Assembly: GCA_050011035.1 (NCBI GenBank)
Contig: JBEKJW010000008.1
Span: forward strand, 1 to 58,980
DNA from: Candidatus Acidiferrales bacterium
GTDB lineage: Bacteria; Acidobacteriota; Terriglobia; Acidiferrales; UBA7541
Direction of reading: 5' to 3'
DNA: 58,980 bases
This document shows, piece by piece, positions 26,265 to 35,142 of the stretch. The translations under genes were made by a program, and so were the position numbers. How positions within the stretch are numbered: position 1 is the first letter of the stretch; each line of letters opens with the position of its first letter. The notes below the pieces were generated by a model. That model had not been told where the DNA came from. It made no database searches and saw only the letters and a program-made list of their open reading frames with translations.

Positions 26265-29200
26265 CTACTGAGGCAGCAGCTTGATCGTATCGATTGCGAG
26301 GTAGTAGCCGGTGCTTGCGGCATTCTCGCCCGTTACGGTGAGCTTGATTGCGTGGCTTCCGGCAGTGAGCGCCACATTGCCCAGGTCAGTCTCGTACCAC
26401 AAATCGGCCGCCGAATATTGATCCATCGGTGAACTAACGTTCACCCCGTCGATCGATAGCTGGCCGATCCCGCGCACGCTGTGCCTTTTGGTCGAGAAAC
26501 GCAGATCGTACGTGCCGGCCGTAGGTACGCTCACATTGATCGTCACGTTGTCGCCGGGCTTGGTGGCATACAGACACGTGCCGTTGCCGGTGATGAACTG
26601 CGTCCACGCCACCACCTGATAGGACGGTCCGGAACTCGTGCTCGACGACATCAGGCTCGCCGCAACGAACTGCGTGGCGTCCTGCATCGTGGGCGTGCCT
26701 GACGCGAAATTCCAGTTCAGGATCTCTTGCGTCGAAACTTCGCCGCCGGTGCCGGCCGTAAAGCCCACATACGCCATCGTGCCGCCCAGTGTCGACGGAA
26801 TGTTCACCTGGAATTGGTCGTTGAACGTCTGTCCCGTCGTCGCGTCTGTGATCGCAAGAGCGAGCCACGTGCCGTCGTACGTCATCGTCACGTTCATCAC
26901 GTGGCCGCTGCTCAGGTTCAAGCCTGATGAGGTCATGTCAACGGCGGGAATTATTGGGGGAGTGCCGTTGAGGTAGAGGCCCGTGGAGTCGGTGCCTTCG
27001 CCGCTATTGTTGTAGAGGTCAAACTTGATTGCAACGCTCTTCGAAAACGGCGCTGTCTGGCTCGATGGCACCGAATAGCCGAGCGAGCCGCCCGCACCGC
27101 CCAGACCCGTCGTGGAGTTGCCCTGAATGACAAACACAAATCCGTCGGACAGCGGCGCCGGAAGCTGGAAGGAGAACGTGTTGGTGAAGCTCTGCACGTT
27201 CACGGGCGTTGTGGCAAAGAACGAACCCGCCTGGCTGGTGTTGGTGGTGAGTGCGATCGCGTTCGAAGACTGCAGCCACGTCGCGCTTCCGTTCAGTTGC
27301 AAGCCGATAGTCGACGTGAAGCCGCCGCTGTATGCCGAGATGCCGCCGTTTGAAGATTGCACTGTGTAATTTGAACTCGCGCCCGCGCTCGTGATGTAGC
27401 CCGTCGCCATCGCGATCGCACGAACTGTGGCCGATGCGCTGAGCGAGAATCCGGCCGCCGGATAGGCCTGCGTTGTGCCAACGCCTTGAAGTGGCGAGGT
27501 GCCGTCCGTCGTGTAGTAGATCGTTGCGCCCGGGGTCGCGTCCGTGATCGTGACCGGGACGCTGCTTGTGTACGTGCCGGGCGCAGGGCTGATTGTCGGA
27601 GTCGCCACGGTCTGCTGGGTGTATATCACCGTCGTCATCGCGCTCGTCGAAAAGTTTGGCGCCGTCGCGATGGCGCTGACGCTACTCGTGCCGGTGATCG
27701 TGAACGGCGCGCCGTAAGCCAACGTCGTCCCGGCGCCGGGAGATGGCGTTGTGCCGTCCGTGGTGTAGTAAATCGTCGCGCCCGTGGTCGTGTCCGACAT
27801 CGAAACGCTCAGGTTGCCCGAAAACGATTCCGTTCCCGGCGTGATCGTCGGCGTAGCTGCGGCGGGCGACGACGGAGGCGTCGAAGTGAGCGTCCACGTT
27901 TCCACTTTCTGGCTCGACGATTTTCCGCCGCTGCCGCCTGTGAATCCGATGTAGGCAGTATTGCCGCCAACAATCGCCGGAATATTCACGGTCCACGATT
28001 GCGTGAACGTCTTGTTCACGATCGCGTCGGTCAGCGTCATCGTCAGAGTGGTGCCGTTGTAGACGATGTGGGCAGCGATTGCGTCGCCGCTTAGAAGAAT
28101 CACGCCGGACGACGTCATATCAATTGCCGGCAGAATCGGTGAAGCTCCGTTCTCGTACAAGCCCGTCGAGTCCGTGCCTTCGCCGCTGTTGCTGTAAATG
28201 TCGAACTTGATCGCGATGCTCTTCTGAATTCCAGTTGTCCCACCACCACCGTAGCCCAGGTTCCCGCCGCTGAGCCCGATGGCCGACGCGCCCTGCGCGG
28301 AATTCTGGATCGTGAACGTCATGCCGTCCGCGATCGCGTCCGAAATTTGAATCGTGAAGTCAGTCGTGAAATTGCGGATGTCAATCGGCGTGGTGTAGAA
28401 CGCGCTGCTCGCTTCACTCAAACCGCCGTTCGTGAGTTGCAGGCGGCTGTCGTCCAGATCGGCCGAACCGTTCAGCTGCAAGCCTGCGTCGTTGGCGAAA
28501 CCCTGCGAGTAGTTGATCGTCGCGCCTGAGCTGGAGGAGATCGTGTACGTCGCGCTTACCGGCGCGCTATCGATCATTCCCGGCGACGACGCAATGGCCG
28601 TAATCGTGGTCGTTGCGTTCACTGGAATTGCGGCCGAGTAAACGGCGGAGCTATGCGTTGGCGTGGTACCGTTCGTCGTGTAGTAGATCGTTGGCGTCGG
28701 CGAAGCGTCGGTAATCGTCACCGGCTGGCTCGATGTGTACGATCCGCCTCCGGGCGTGAATGCCGGCGGTTCAGCTTGCGCACCAATCGTGTAGACGCCG
28801 GTCGCGACTGCGCTGTTCAAATATCCGCTGGCGACCGCAATCGCATTGATTGTCATCGACGCCGTCACGGGAATGCCGGTCGTGTACTTTGTGGAGGAAG
28901 TTGTGGGCGTCGCTCCATTCGTCGTGTAGTAAATCGTCGCGCCAGACGTCGAATCGCCGAGCGTCACGGTCTGCGAAGCCGCATACGAACCCGGCGTGGG
29001 CATGAAAGTCGGCGTCGCGGCCGTCGGAGAACTCCCGAACAATCCAAAGACGTCGAGTTCCGTGCTGGTTCCGACGTAGACCTTGCCGTTTGTCACCACA
29101 GGCACCGCGAACTTCACGGCCTTGCCGAGCGAATCACGCCCGCTCGTCAGGTTTGAACCGTAGAGCAATTGCGAAACGTTGAGCGCGTTGTAGGCGCGGA

Positions 29201-30728
29201 GAATCGCAGGGCCGCTCGTGTAGGTATCGGTTTCAACCGCCCACACAATTCCGTTCGTCGTTCCGTTCGCGGTAACGACCGGCGTCGAACCGGGAAACTG
29301 GCTGGACTCCGCCGATTGCGACGTCGGACTCGCGGAAAGCGCTCCATTCGCGAACGTGTACGCTTTCAGGTTGTCGCCGCTGCCCCAGAAATAGATGTTG
29401 CCGTTCCAATACGCAGGCATGGACCACAAGCCGCCTATGCCGTTCACCGTCTGCACAATCTCCGAATCCGTTGTACAGCCGGAGCAGTAATGGCTGTTGT
29501 TGTTCGTAAATTGGTCACGGTCTACAACGTAGATACGCCCCTGCTTACCGGCCTCCAGCAATTCGTGAGGATACGTTCCGGTCTGATTGGGCAGAACCAG
29601 CACGCCGCCCGAACCGAGATCCGTGTCCGCGGCGTCCAGGCTCGCCGTGTTGTACGGCGTGAAGTAATCCGTCGGCGTCATCACGCCGTTATTCAGAGAG
29701 AGCTGAATCATGCTGTCGCCGTAGTCCACGCTCGCCGAAGGCTGCGGCGCCGGATTCGGTACCACGTTGCCCGGCACGGGGTAATCCCCGTTGCCCGTCG
29801 CCACGAACAGGCGCCCGCCATTCAACGTATCCGCCGCAAGGCCGTTGCCCGACGCCCAGAATCCGCTGCCGATCCCATTTGGCGATGAATTGAATGCGCC
29901 TGCCAGCTGAAGCGTCGCTGCGTTGTAGCTCAGAATCCACCCGTGCCAATAGCCGTTATCGCCGTTCGCTGCGAAGCCGACATAGACGTAGCCGTTCAGC
30001 AGCAGCAGACCCGGCCGCTGGTTCTCATAGAGGCTGTTAAACGCCATCGTACCGTTCGAACTGCCCTCGCCGTTGCCCGGAACCGACGCCGCAATCACAA
30101 CAGGCCCGTTGAATTTCTCGGCGCCCGTGGTGATATCGAGCGCGTGCAAACGGTGCACACAAGCGCTGTTCTCGTAAGTCTCGGACACCACGTACATCGT
30201 GTTCGTCGTGGGATCGATCACCGGCGTGCCGGTGATGCCTACCTGCGGATAAACGTCTGTCGCGTTGATCACCGAGTCTTTCACAACGGTCGCGCCGTTG
30301 ATCAGAAAGCTCACCTGCCACAGAGCCGCACCGCCCGTGTCCGCGTCGAACGCATACACGCTGTCGTTTTCCGTCTCCACATACACAACGTTGTGCGTTC
30401 CCTGATTCGGAATCGCTACGCCCGGCATGTAAAGCGGCTGCGCGTAAATGAGACCGTCGACCGGCTCGGTAAAAAGGCGCCCGAACGTTGTCGAGTTCAC
30501 GTTCGAAGGAGTGAGGAGGGTTTCGGAAGTATTCTGCCCGGTGCGTCCGATGTCGTAGTGATGCATGGTGACCGCCACTTGCGCCGTTGCCTGTTCGGGT
30601 AGGAAGAGCGCGAACAGCGCGAGAGCCGCGACCATCGGCACACGTCGAGCTGTCGCTCCTATTCTCTGCGACGCGGACTTCAGCAACACTTCCACCCGGT
30701 TTGGGGCCGACATCCTGAGGTTCTCCAT
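26265..30728 (-). CDS. 1487-aa secreted multidomain protein: PQQ-like beta-propeller, 4 chitobiase/hexosaminidase-C-like modules, 2 L-type-lectin-like domains, C-terminal CBM-like domain
   Basis: Signal peptide ...ALALFALFLPEQATAQ. Propeller-type repeats (VVYVETENDSVYAFDADTGGALWQ). Four GATIYYTT[ND]G[AT][TS]P modules. Two ~215-aa segments (GLQLNGSA...SAFY...IAIKFD.Y.NSGEGTDSTGLY.NG...AY[IV]GFT[GA]G[ST]GG) resemble legume-type lectin folds. The C-terminus GTYDLRFSTK...GQLSIDG...LTAGSHAIKLTV is CBM6/35-like. Confidence 0.9.
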   Translation of the reverse strand: MENLRMSAPNRVEVLLKSASQRIGATARRVPMVAALALFALFLPEQATAQVAVTMHHYDIGRTGQNTSETLLTPSNVNSTTFGRLFTEPVDGLIYAQPLYMPGVAIPNQGTHNVVYVETENDSVYAFDADTGGAALWQVSFLINGATVVKDSVINATDVYPQVGITGTPVIDPTTNTMYVVSETYENSACVHRLHALDITTGAEKFNGPVVIAASVPGNGEGSSNGTMAFNSLYENQRPGLLLLNGYVYVGFAANGDNGYWHGWILSYNAATLQLAGAFNSSPNGIGSGFWASGNGLAADTLNGGRLFVATGNGDYPVPGNVVPNPAPQPSASVDYGDSMIQLSLNNGVMTPTDYFTPYNTASLDAADTDLGSGGVLVLPNQTGTYPHELLEAGKQGRIYVVDRDQFTNNNSHYCSGCTTDSEIVQTVNGIGGLWSMPAYWNGNIYFWGSGDNLKAYTFANGALSASPTSQSAESSQFPGSTPVVTANGTTNGIVWAVETDTYTSGPAILRAYNALNVSQLLYGSNLTSGRDSLGKAVKFAVPVVTNGKVYVGTSTELDVFGLFGSSPTAATPTFMPTPGSYAASQTVTLGDSTSGATIYYTTNGATPTTSSTKYTTGIPVTASMTINAIAVASGYLNSAVATGVYTIGAQAEPPAFTPGGGSYTSSQPVTITDASPTPTIYYTTNGTTPTHSSAVYSAAIPVNATTTITAIASSPGMIDSAPVSATYTISSSSGATINYSQGFANDAGLQLNGSADLDDSRLQLTNGGLSEASSAFYTTPIDIRNFTTDFTIQISDAIADGMTFTIQNSAQGASAIGLSGGNLGYGGGGTTGIQKSIAIKFDIYSNSGEGTDSTGLYENGASPILPAIDMTSSGVILLSGDAIAAHIVYNGTTLTMTLTDAIVNKTFTQSWTVNIPAIVGGNTAYIGFTGGSGGKSSSQKVETWTLTSTPPSSPAAATPTITPGTESFSGNLSVSMSDTTTGATIYYTTDGTTPSPGAGTTLAYGAPFTITGTSSVSAIATAPNFSTSAMTTVIYTQQTVATPTISPAPGTYTSSVPVTITDATPGATIYYTTDGTSPLQGVGTTQAYPAAGFSLSASATVRAIAMATGYITSAGASSNYTVQSSNGGISAYSGGFTSTIGLQLNGSATWLQSSNAIALTTNTSQAGSFFATTPVNVQSFTNTFSFQLPAPLSDGFVFVIQGNSTTGLGGAGGSLGYSVPSSQTAPFSKSVAIKFDLYNNSGEGTDSTGLYLNGTPPIIPAVDMTSSGLNLSSGHVMNVTMTYDGTWLALAITDATTGQTFNDQFQVNIPSTLGGTMAYVGFTAGTGGEVSTQEILNWNFASGTPTMQDATQFVAASLMSSSTSSGPSYQVVAWTQFITGNGTCLYATKPGDNVTINVSVPTAGTYDLRFSTKRHSVRGIGQLSIDGVNVSSPMDQYSAADLWYETDLGNVALTAGSHAIKLTVTGENAASTGYYLAIDTIKLLPQ

Positions 30729-30886
30729 TTCAAACTATCGTTCGGCGAACACACTACGGCGCGACTACGGTGCGGGGTTTGGAAAAGATAGCAAATCAGG
30801 CGGGAAAATCCACGTTAAAAAGAATGAAAGCGATTGCAGATCATAGAAGTACCAGGACTGCGATCGCCCTCGAGCACGTTTCTAAA

Positions 30887-31690
30887 TCATCGTGGCTTCA
30901 CGAGAAGAGGCTGCGTTTGCTCCGGCGAACCGACGGTCGAAGCGGTCGTGACGAGGCTCGTGTCCACAGACGGCATGCGCGTTTCCAGGGCTTTAATCGT
31001 CCTGTCCGTCTCGCCAGGCGCGATGAAATAAAACGGGGGCAGGCTGTTCAGCGCAGCTTGCGGCGTGGTGGCGAGCTTCACCCAAGTTCCGGACTCCGGT
31101 GCCTGCGCGTCGAGCGTGATTCTCACGTCGATCAGGTCGTGCCCCTTCACAGTCGCAACGTCCGCGCCATTCCTTTCGTAGCGCACGCTCTTCACCCGCA
31201 CGCGCGCGAAAGAATGAATCGTATTCTTCGTTACGTAAATCTTGTCGCCCTCCGGATCGCCCAGGCAGTGCAACACGAGCTTCGTGGTCACCACACCCGT
31301 TCCAGGAGCAGGCGCGACGTGCGAATCTTCCCAAAAGAGATAAACGCCATTCATCACGATTGGAATCGGTTCCGTATTTTTCAAAAGTTTTGTTGTGTAA
31401 TTGGTATCGGGCTTGTGCGGACCGTTGCCGTCATTCCAGTCGATTGTCGGTTCGAGCTTGTCGGCGTACGAGCACGAATTCACGATCATGCCGAGCGGCG
31501 AGTGATATTGCACGTCGCGGTACGAAATTCCCGCCTCGTAATCTTTCACGGTGAGATACATCATCGGCGCGCCCGAGTCCGCCGCGCGGAAATAAGCAAA
31601 CGATCCAGCCGAGACAACTGCGGCGCCCGCCGCAACCAAAACCGCAAAAAATCGAACTTTTCCGAGGGTCATAAACTCAAATTTTACCAT
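30887..31690 (-). CDS. Hypothetical signal-anchored/secreted protein (start uncertain, 31672-31798)
   Basis: The hydrophobic N-terminus MTLGKVRFFAVLVAAGAAVVSAGSFAYF is followed by a balanced globular sequence. The antisense + ORF (30770-31780) is Arg-rich junk. Confidence 0.65.
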   Translation of the reverse strand: MVKFEFMTLGKVRFFAVLVAAGAAVVSAGSFAYFRAADSGAPMMYLTVKDYEAGISYRDVQYHSPLGMIVNSCSYADKLEPTIDWNDGNGPHKPDTNYTTKLLKNTEPIPIVMNGVYLFWEDSHVAPAPGTGVVTTKLVLHCLGDPEGDKIYVTKNTIHSFARVRVKSVRYERNGADVATVKGHDLIDVRITLDAQAPESGTWVKLATTPQAALNSLPPFYFIAPGETDRTIKALETRMPSVDTSLVTTASTVGSPEQTQPLLVKPR

Positions 31691-31907
31691 CCCGTTTCGC
31701 CCATCCACGCAAATCCGACGAATGTTCGCCGCTCTCTCGCTGTACCCGTAACCAGTATCTGTTTGAACCACTTGCGTTGACCGAATGGACATACCCAACT
31801 TGCGGCCCGTGCGTGCCGATGTTAGCGTTGAGATTCCTCCGAAATGTGGGCGCTACCGGAGGAGTAAGCGCTGAGGGCCGTGCAGGACCCGCCGCTCGGG
31901 AGTACCG

Positions 31908-33818
31908 TTGGCTTCATGGAACGTTAACGACCAGAAGATCCCTCAAGGCCGGCTTGCGCTCGTCTCGTATATTTCGGTCGCATGCATCATCCTTCTGATG
32001 GTGGGTTTCTGGAAGCTGCAGGTCGTCCAGTCCGAACATTTTGCGGACTTGGCCGAGCGCAACCGCATTCGCTCGATTCCAATTATCGCGCCGCGCGGTC
32101 CGATGCTGGACCGGCAAGGTCGCGTCCTCGTCGACAGTTATCCTTCGTTCAGCATTCTTCTTCTGCGCGACGATCCGAAGCAGCTGCAAAAGAGCCTTCC
32201 GGCTGTTGAAGAAGGCCTTGGCATCGATCCTGCCGACTTGCAGCAGCAGCTCGACGCCGCTAAAAGCGCGCCGAAATTTCAGCCCGTGGTGATTAAGCCT
32301 GCAGCCACGCAGGCGGACATCGCATTCGTCGAATCGCATCGCGCCGATCTGCCCGTTCTCGAATTGATGATGGTCCAGCGCCGCCGCTATCCCGGCGACC
32401 AGATGCTGGCGAATGCGATCGGCTACGTGGGCGAAGTTTCCGAGCAGCAGCTCGACGATAGTGACGGCCACTACCGGCCCGGTGACATCGTCGGGAAAGC
32501 TGGCCTCGAGCGCCAATACAACGACCAGCTCGAAGGCACCGACGGCATGCGGCGTGTAATCGTCAACAGCGTCGGCAAAGTGATTCGGACGCTCGACAAC
32601 GTCGACTCGATCCCCGGCAAGCCCATCCAGCTGACCATCGACCTCGATCTGCAGCAGATCGCTGAGACGGATATGGCCGGAAAATCGGGTGCCGTGGTCG
32701 CGATGGACGCGCGAACGGGTGAAGTCCTCGCCATGGTCAGCAAGCCCACGTTCGACCCCAACGACTTCGCGGTACGAATTGACAAAGAAGAATGGCAGAA
32801 GCTCAACACGGACAAGCAAACGCCGCTACTGAACCGCGCGATCCAGGCGCAACTCGCCCCCGGTTCTGTTTTCAAAATCGTGATGGCCGCGGCAATGATC
32901 GATTCCAAAATGATTCCGGAGTCGTACAGCGTTTACTGCCCGGGTCACGCGAATTTCTATGGCCGCGAGTTTCACTGCTGGCGCCCCGCTGGGCACGGCG
33001 AAGTTGAGCTGCATCGCGCGCTCGTCGATTCCTGCGACATTTTTTTCTATAACGTCGGCAAACAGCTGGGCATCGACAAGATCGCCTTTTACGGATCAGG
33101 GTTCGGCTTGGGCAAAAGAACCGGCATCGATCTGCCCAGCGAAGAGCCGGGGCTGATGCCGTCGGAAGAGTGGGTTGAACGCGTGTATCACCACAAGTGG
33201 TACGCGGGCGAAACGATTTCCGTCGCGATCGGTCAGGGCGCCGTCACCGTTACGCCCGTCCAACTCGCGCGCATGGCCGCAGCCGTCGCAAGCGGCGGCA
33301 CGCTCGTTCAGCCTCATCTGCTGAAGGGATATAAGGATCCAAAAATCGAGCGCTTCCCTATTTCCGATGAAGCCGTCGAGAAAGTCACGCAGGGTCTGTT
33401 CGGCGTCGTGAACGAAGCGGGCGGCACGGCTTACCATCTGCGTCTCGCGAACGTTGAGCTTTGCGGAAAATCCGGCACGGCGCAGCTGATGAGCTACGAC
33501 GCTGCGAACCGCATGGGCACCAAGAAAATGGACGGCTGGTTTGTCGGCTTTGCGCCGCGCCGCGATCCCGAAATCGTGGTCGCTGCCATCGTGCAGGACA
33601 CCATGGAGCACGGCGGCGAAGCCGCCGGCCCGGTGGTGAAAGACATCGTGAAGATGTTCTACGACAAGAAGACAGCCGGGACGCAGCAGCAGACGAAGGT
33701 AATTCCGACGACTCCGCCTTCGGCCGATAAACCCGCTACTGTTTTGGCGTCCGCATCCGCCGAAAAGCCCGCGGCCTCGCAGCCACTCGTCGCCACCGTA
33801 GGAGGTCCGCGCCGATGA
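31908..33818 (+). CDS. mrdA: Penicillin-binding protein 2 (elongasome transpeptidase)
   Basis: N-terminal TM anchor, SxxK (GSVFK), KSGTA, and the PBP2 dimerisation plus transpeptidase layout. It overlaps rodA by 4 nt. Confidence 0.93.
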   Translation: MASWNVNDQKIPQGRLALVSYISVACIILLMVGFWKLQVVQSEHFADLAERNRIRSIPIIAPRGPMLDRQGRVLVDSYPSFSILLLRDDPKQLQKSLPAVEEGLGIDPADLQQQLDAAKSAPKFQPVVIKPAATQADIAFVESHRADLPVLELMMVQRRRYPGDQMLANAIGYVGEVSEQQLDDSDGHYRPGDIVGKAGLERQYNDQLEGTDGMRRVIVNSVGKVIRTLDNVDSIPGKPIQLTIDLDLQQIAETDMAGKSGAVVAMDARTGEVLAMVSKPTFDPNDFAVRIDKEEWQKLNTDKQTPLLNRAIQAQLAPGSVFKIVMAAAMIDSKMIPESYSVYCPGHANFYGREFHCWRPAGHGEVELHRALVDSCDIFFYNVGKQLGIDKIAFYGSGFGLGKRTGIDLPSEEPGLMPSEEWVERVYHHKWYAGETISVAIGQGAVTVTPVQLARMAAAVASGGTLVQPHLLKGYKDPKIERFPISDEAVEKVTQGLFGVVNEAGGTAYHLRLANVELCGKSGTAQLMSYDAANRMGTKKMDGWFVGFAPRRDPEIVVAAIVQDTMEHGGEAAGPVVKDIVKMFYDKKTAGTQQQTKVIPTTPPSADKPATVLASASAEKPAASQPLVATVGGPRR

Positions 33819-34915
33819 AAGACCGGCCGCAGACGCAGGATTTCGACTGGGTGCTCCTCGGGATCGTTGCGGCGATCAACGCGCTCGGGTTGTTCGAGAT
33901 TTATTCCTCCACCCACGCCAGTGCGATGGCGGGCATGCAGTGGAAACAGCTGATCTGGATCGGCATTGGCTTCGTCGGCATGTTCCTGATTTCCCGCGTG
34001 GATTACCACACGCTTCTCGACCAGGCTCCTATCCTCTACATCGCAGGCATCTTAGGGCTGTTAGTTGTGTTGGTAATGGGCTTCTCGCGCTTGGGAGCAA
34101 AGCGCTGGATCGCTCTGGGCGGCGGATTCAATTTCCAAGTGTCAGAGCTGATGAAGTTGATTATAATCATTGTGCTGGCTCGCTTTTTCAGCGAGGTCCG
34201 CACGGATCGGCTCACCCTCGGCGATCTGGTGAAAGTTGCCCTGATCACCATGGTTCCGGTAGCATTGATTCTGAAGCAGCCCGACCTTGGAACTGCTTTG
34301 GTTTTGATCCCGGTGGCCGTCGTAGGAATTTTTCTCGCCGGCATCGAGTGGAAACACCAGTTGATCGGGCTAGTTTTGCTGGCCATGCTGATACCATTTG
34401 GCTGGCACATGCGGCATCATTTGAAGCCGTACCAGCAGCAGCGTATTGAAACGTTCCTCCATCCTGAGGAAGATCAACGCGGCGCTGGTTATCAGATTTT
34501 GCAGTCGGAAATTGCGGTAGGTTCCGGTGGATTCTGGGGCAAAGGGTTTGGCAAAGGCAGCCAGAATCAGTTAGGCTTCGTGCCCGTCCGGTATTCGGAC
34601 TTTATTCTGGCCGCGCTCGCCGAAGAGCAGGGGTTTATCGGCGTATGCGTGGTTCTGCTTTTGTATTTAGCCCTGATTCTGCGGCTTGTCGACAATGCGC
34701 AGAAGGCGAAAGATCGCGCCGGGATGTACGTGGTGATGGGAGTTACGGCGATTCTCGCTTTTCACGTTTTGGTCAATGCATCCATGGTCATCGGATACAT
34801 GCCGGTGACTGGCATTCCCCTGCCGCTGATGAGCTACGGAGGCTCGTCAACGGCATTTGTATTTTTAGCGTTGGGCATGGTGATGAACGTCCGGATGCGG
34901 CGTTTCGTCAACTGA
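33815..34915 (+). CDS. rodA: SEDS-family peptidoglycan glycosyltransferase RodA
   Basis: 366-aa polytopic FtsW/RodA/SpoVE protein (QPDLGTALVL, SDFILAALAEEQGF, PVTGIPLPLMSYGGSS). Coupled to mrdA. Confidence 0.93.
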   Translation: MKDRPQTQDFDWVLLGIVAAINALGLFEIYSSTHASAMAGMQWKQLIWIGIGFVGMFLISRVDYHTLLDQAPILYIAGILGLLVVLVMGFSRLGAKRWIALGGGFNFQVSELMKLIIIIVLARFFSEVRTDRLTLGDLVKVALITMVPVALILKQPDLGTALVLIPVAVVGIFLAGIEWKHQLIGLVLLAMLIPFGWHMRHHLKPYQQQRIETFLHPEEDQRGAGYQILQSEIAVGSGGFWGKGFGKGSQNQLGFVPVRYSDFILAALAEEQGFIGVCVVLLLYLALILRLVDNAQKAKDRAGMYVVMGVTAILAFHVLVNASMVIGYMPVTGIPLPLMSYGGSSTAFVFLALGMVMNVRMRRFVN

Positions 34916-35142
34916 AGCCCGCTTTTTGGTTCCACGGTTTTTCAGGCCCGAGTCGCGCACAAAAACGCGGCCGGGTATTTCAGCTTTGAGTCAGGTCAGC
35001 ACCGGAATGAGGAAAGCCCTCCTACAAATTGGAACGCCTTTCCTGGGCGGCCCGCAGCGTCGAAGTCTTTCTTCACGCTTCTCCGGCCGAGCGCGCGCCA
35101 CAGTGTGTGCCGCGGATCCCCGGTGCGCCATGAGGAGTTTAC

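Noticed and set aside
26700-29015. Considered whether the duplicated lectin modules are a diversity-generating retroelement template/variable repeat pair
   Set aside because: - There is no reverse transcriptase nearby.
- Differences between the copies are spread over all bases and include indels, rather than being adenine-specific.
- The copies are whole-domain duplications.
30770-31780. 336-aa + strand ORF opposite the 30887-31798 gene
   Set aside because: Extremely Arg-rich (RRxxRR runs). The minus frame has a signal anchor and globular composition.
34938-34966. 10-bp bulged hairpin between rodA and the RNase gene; considered a rodA terminator or an rne-type autoregulatory leader element
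   Set aside because: It is followed by TATTTCAGCTTT, a poor U-tract. There is no evidence for function from sequence alone.
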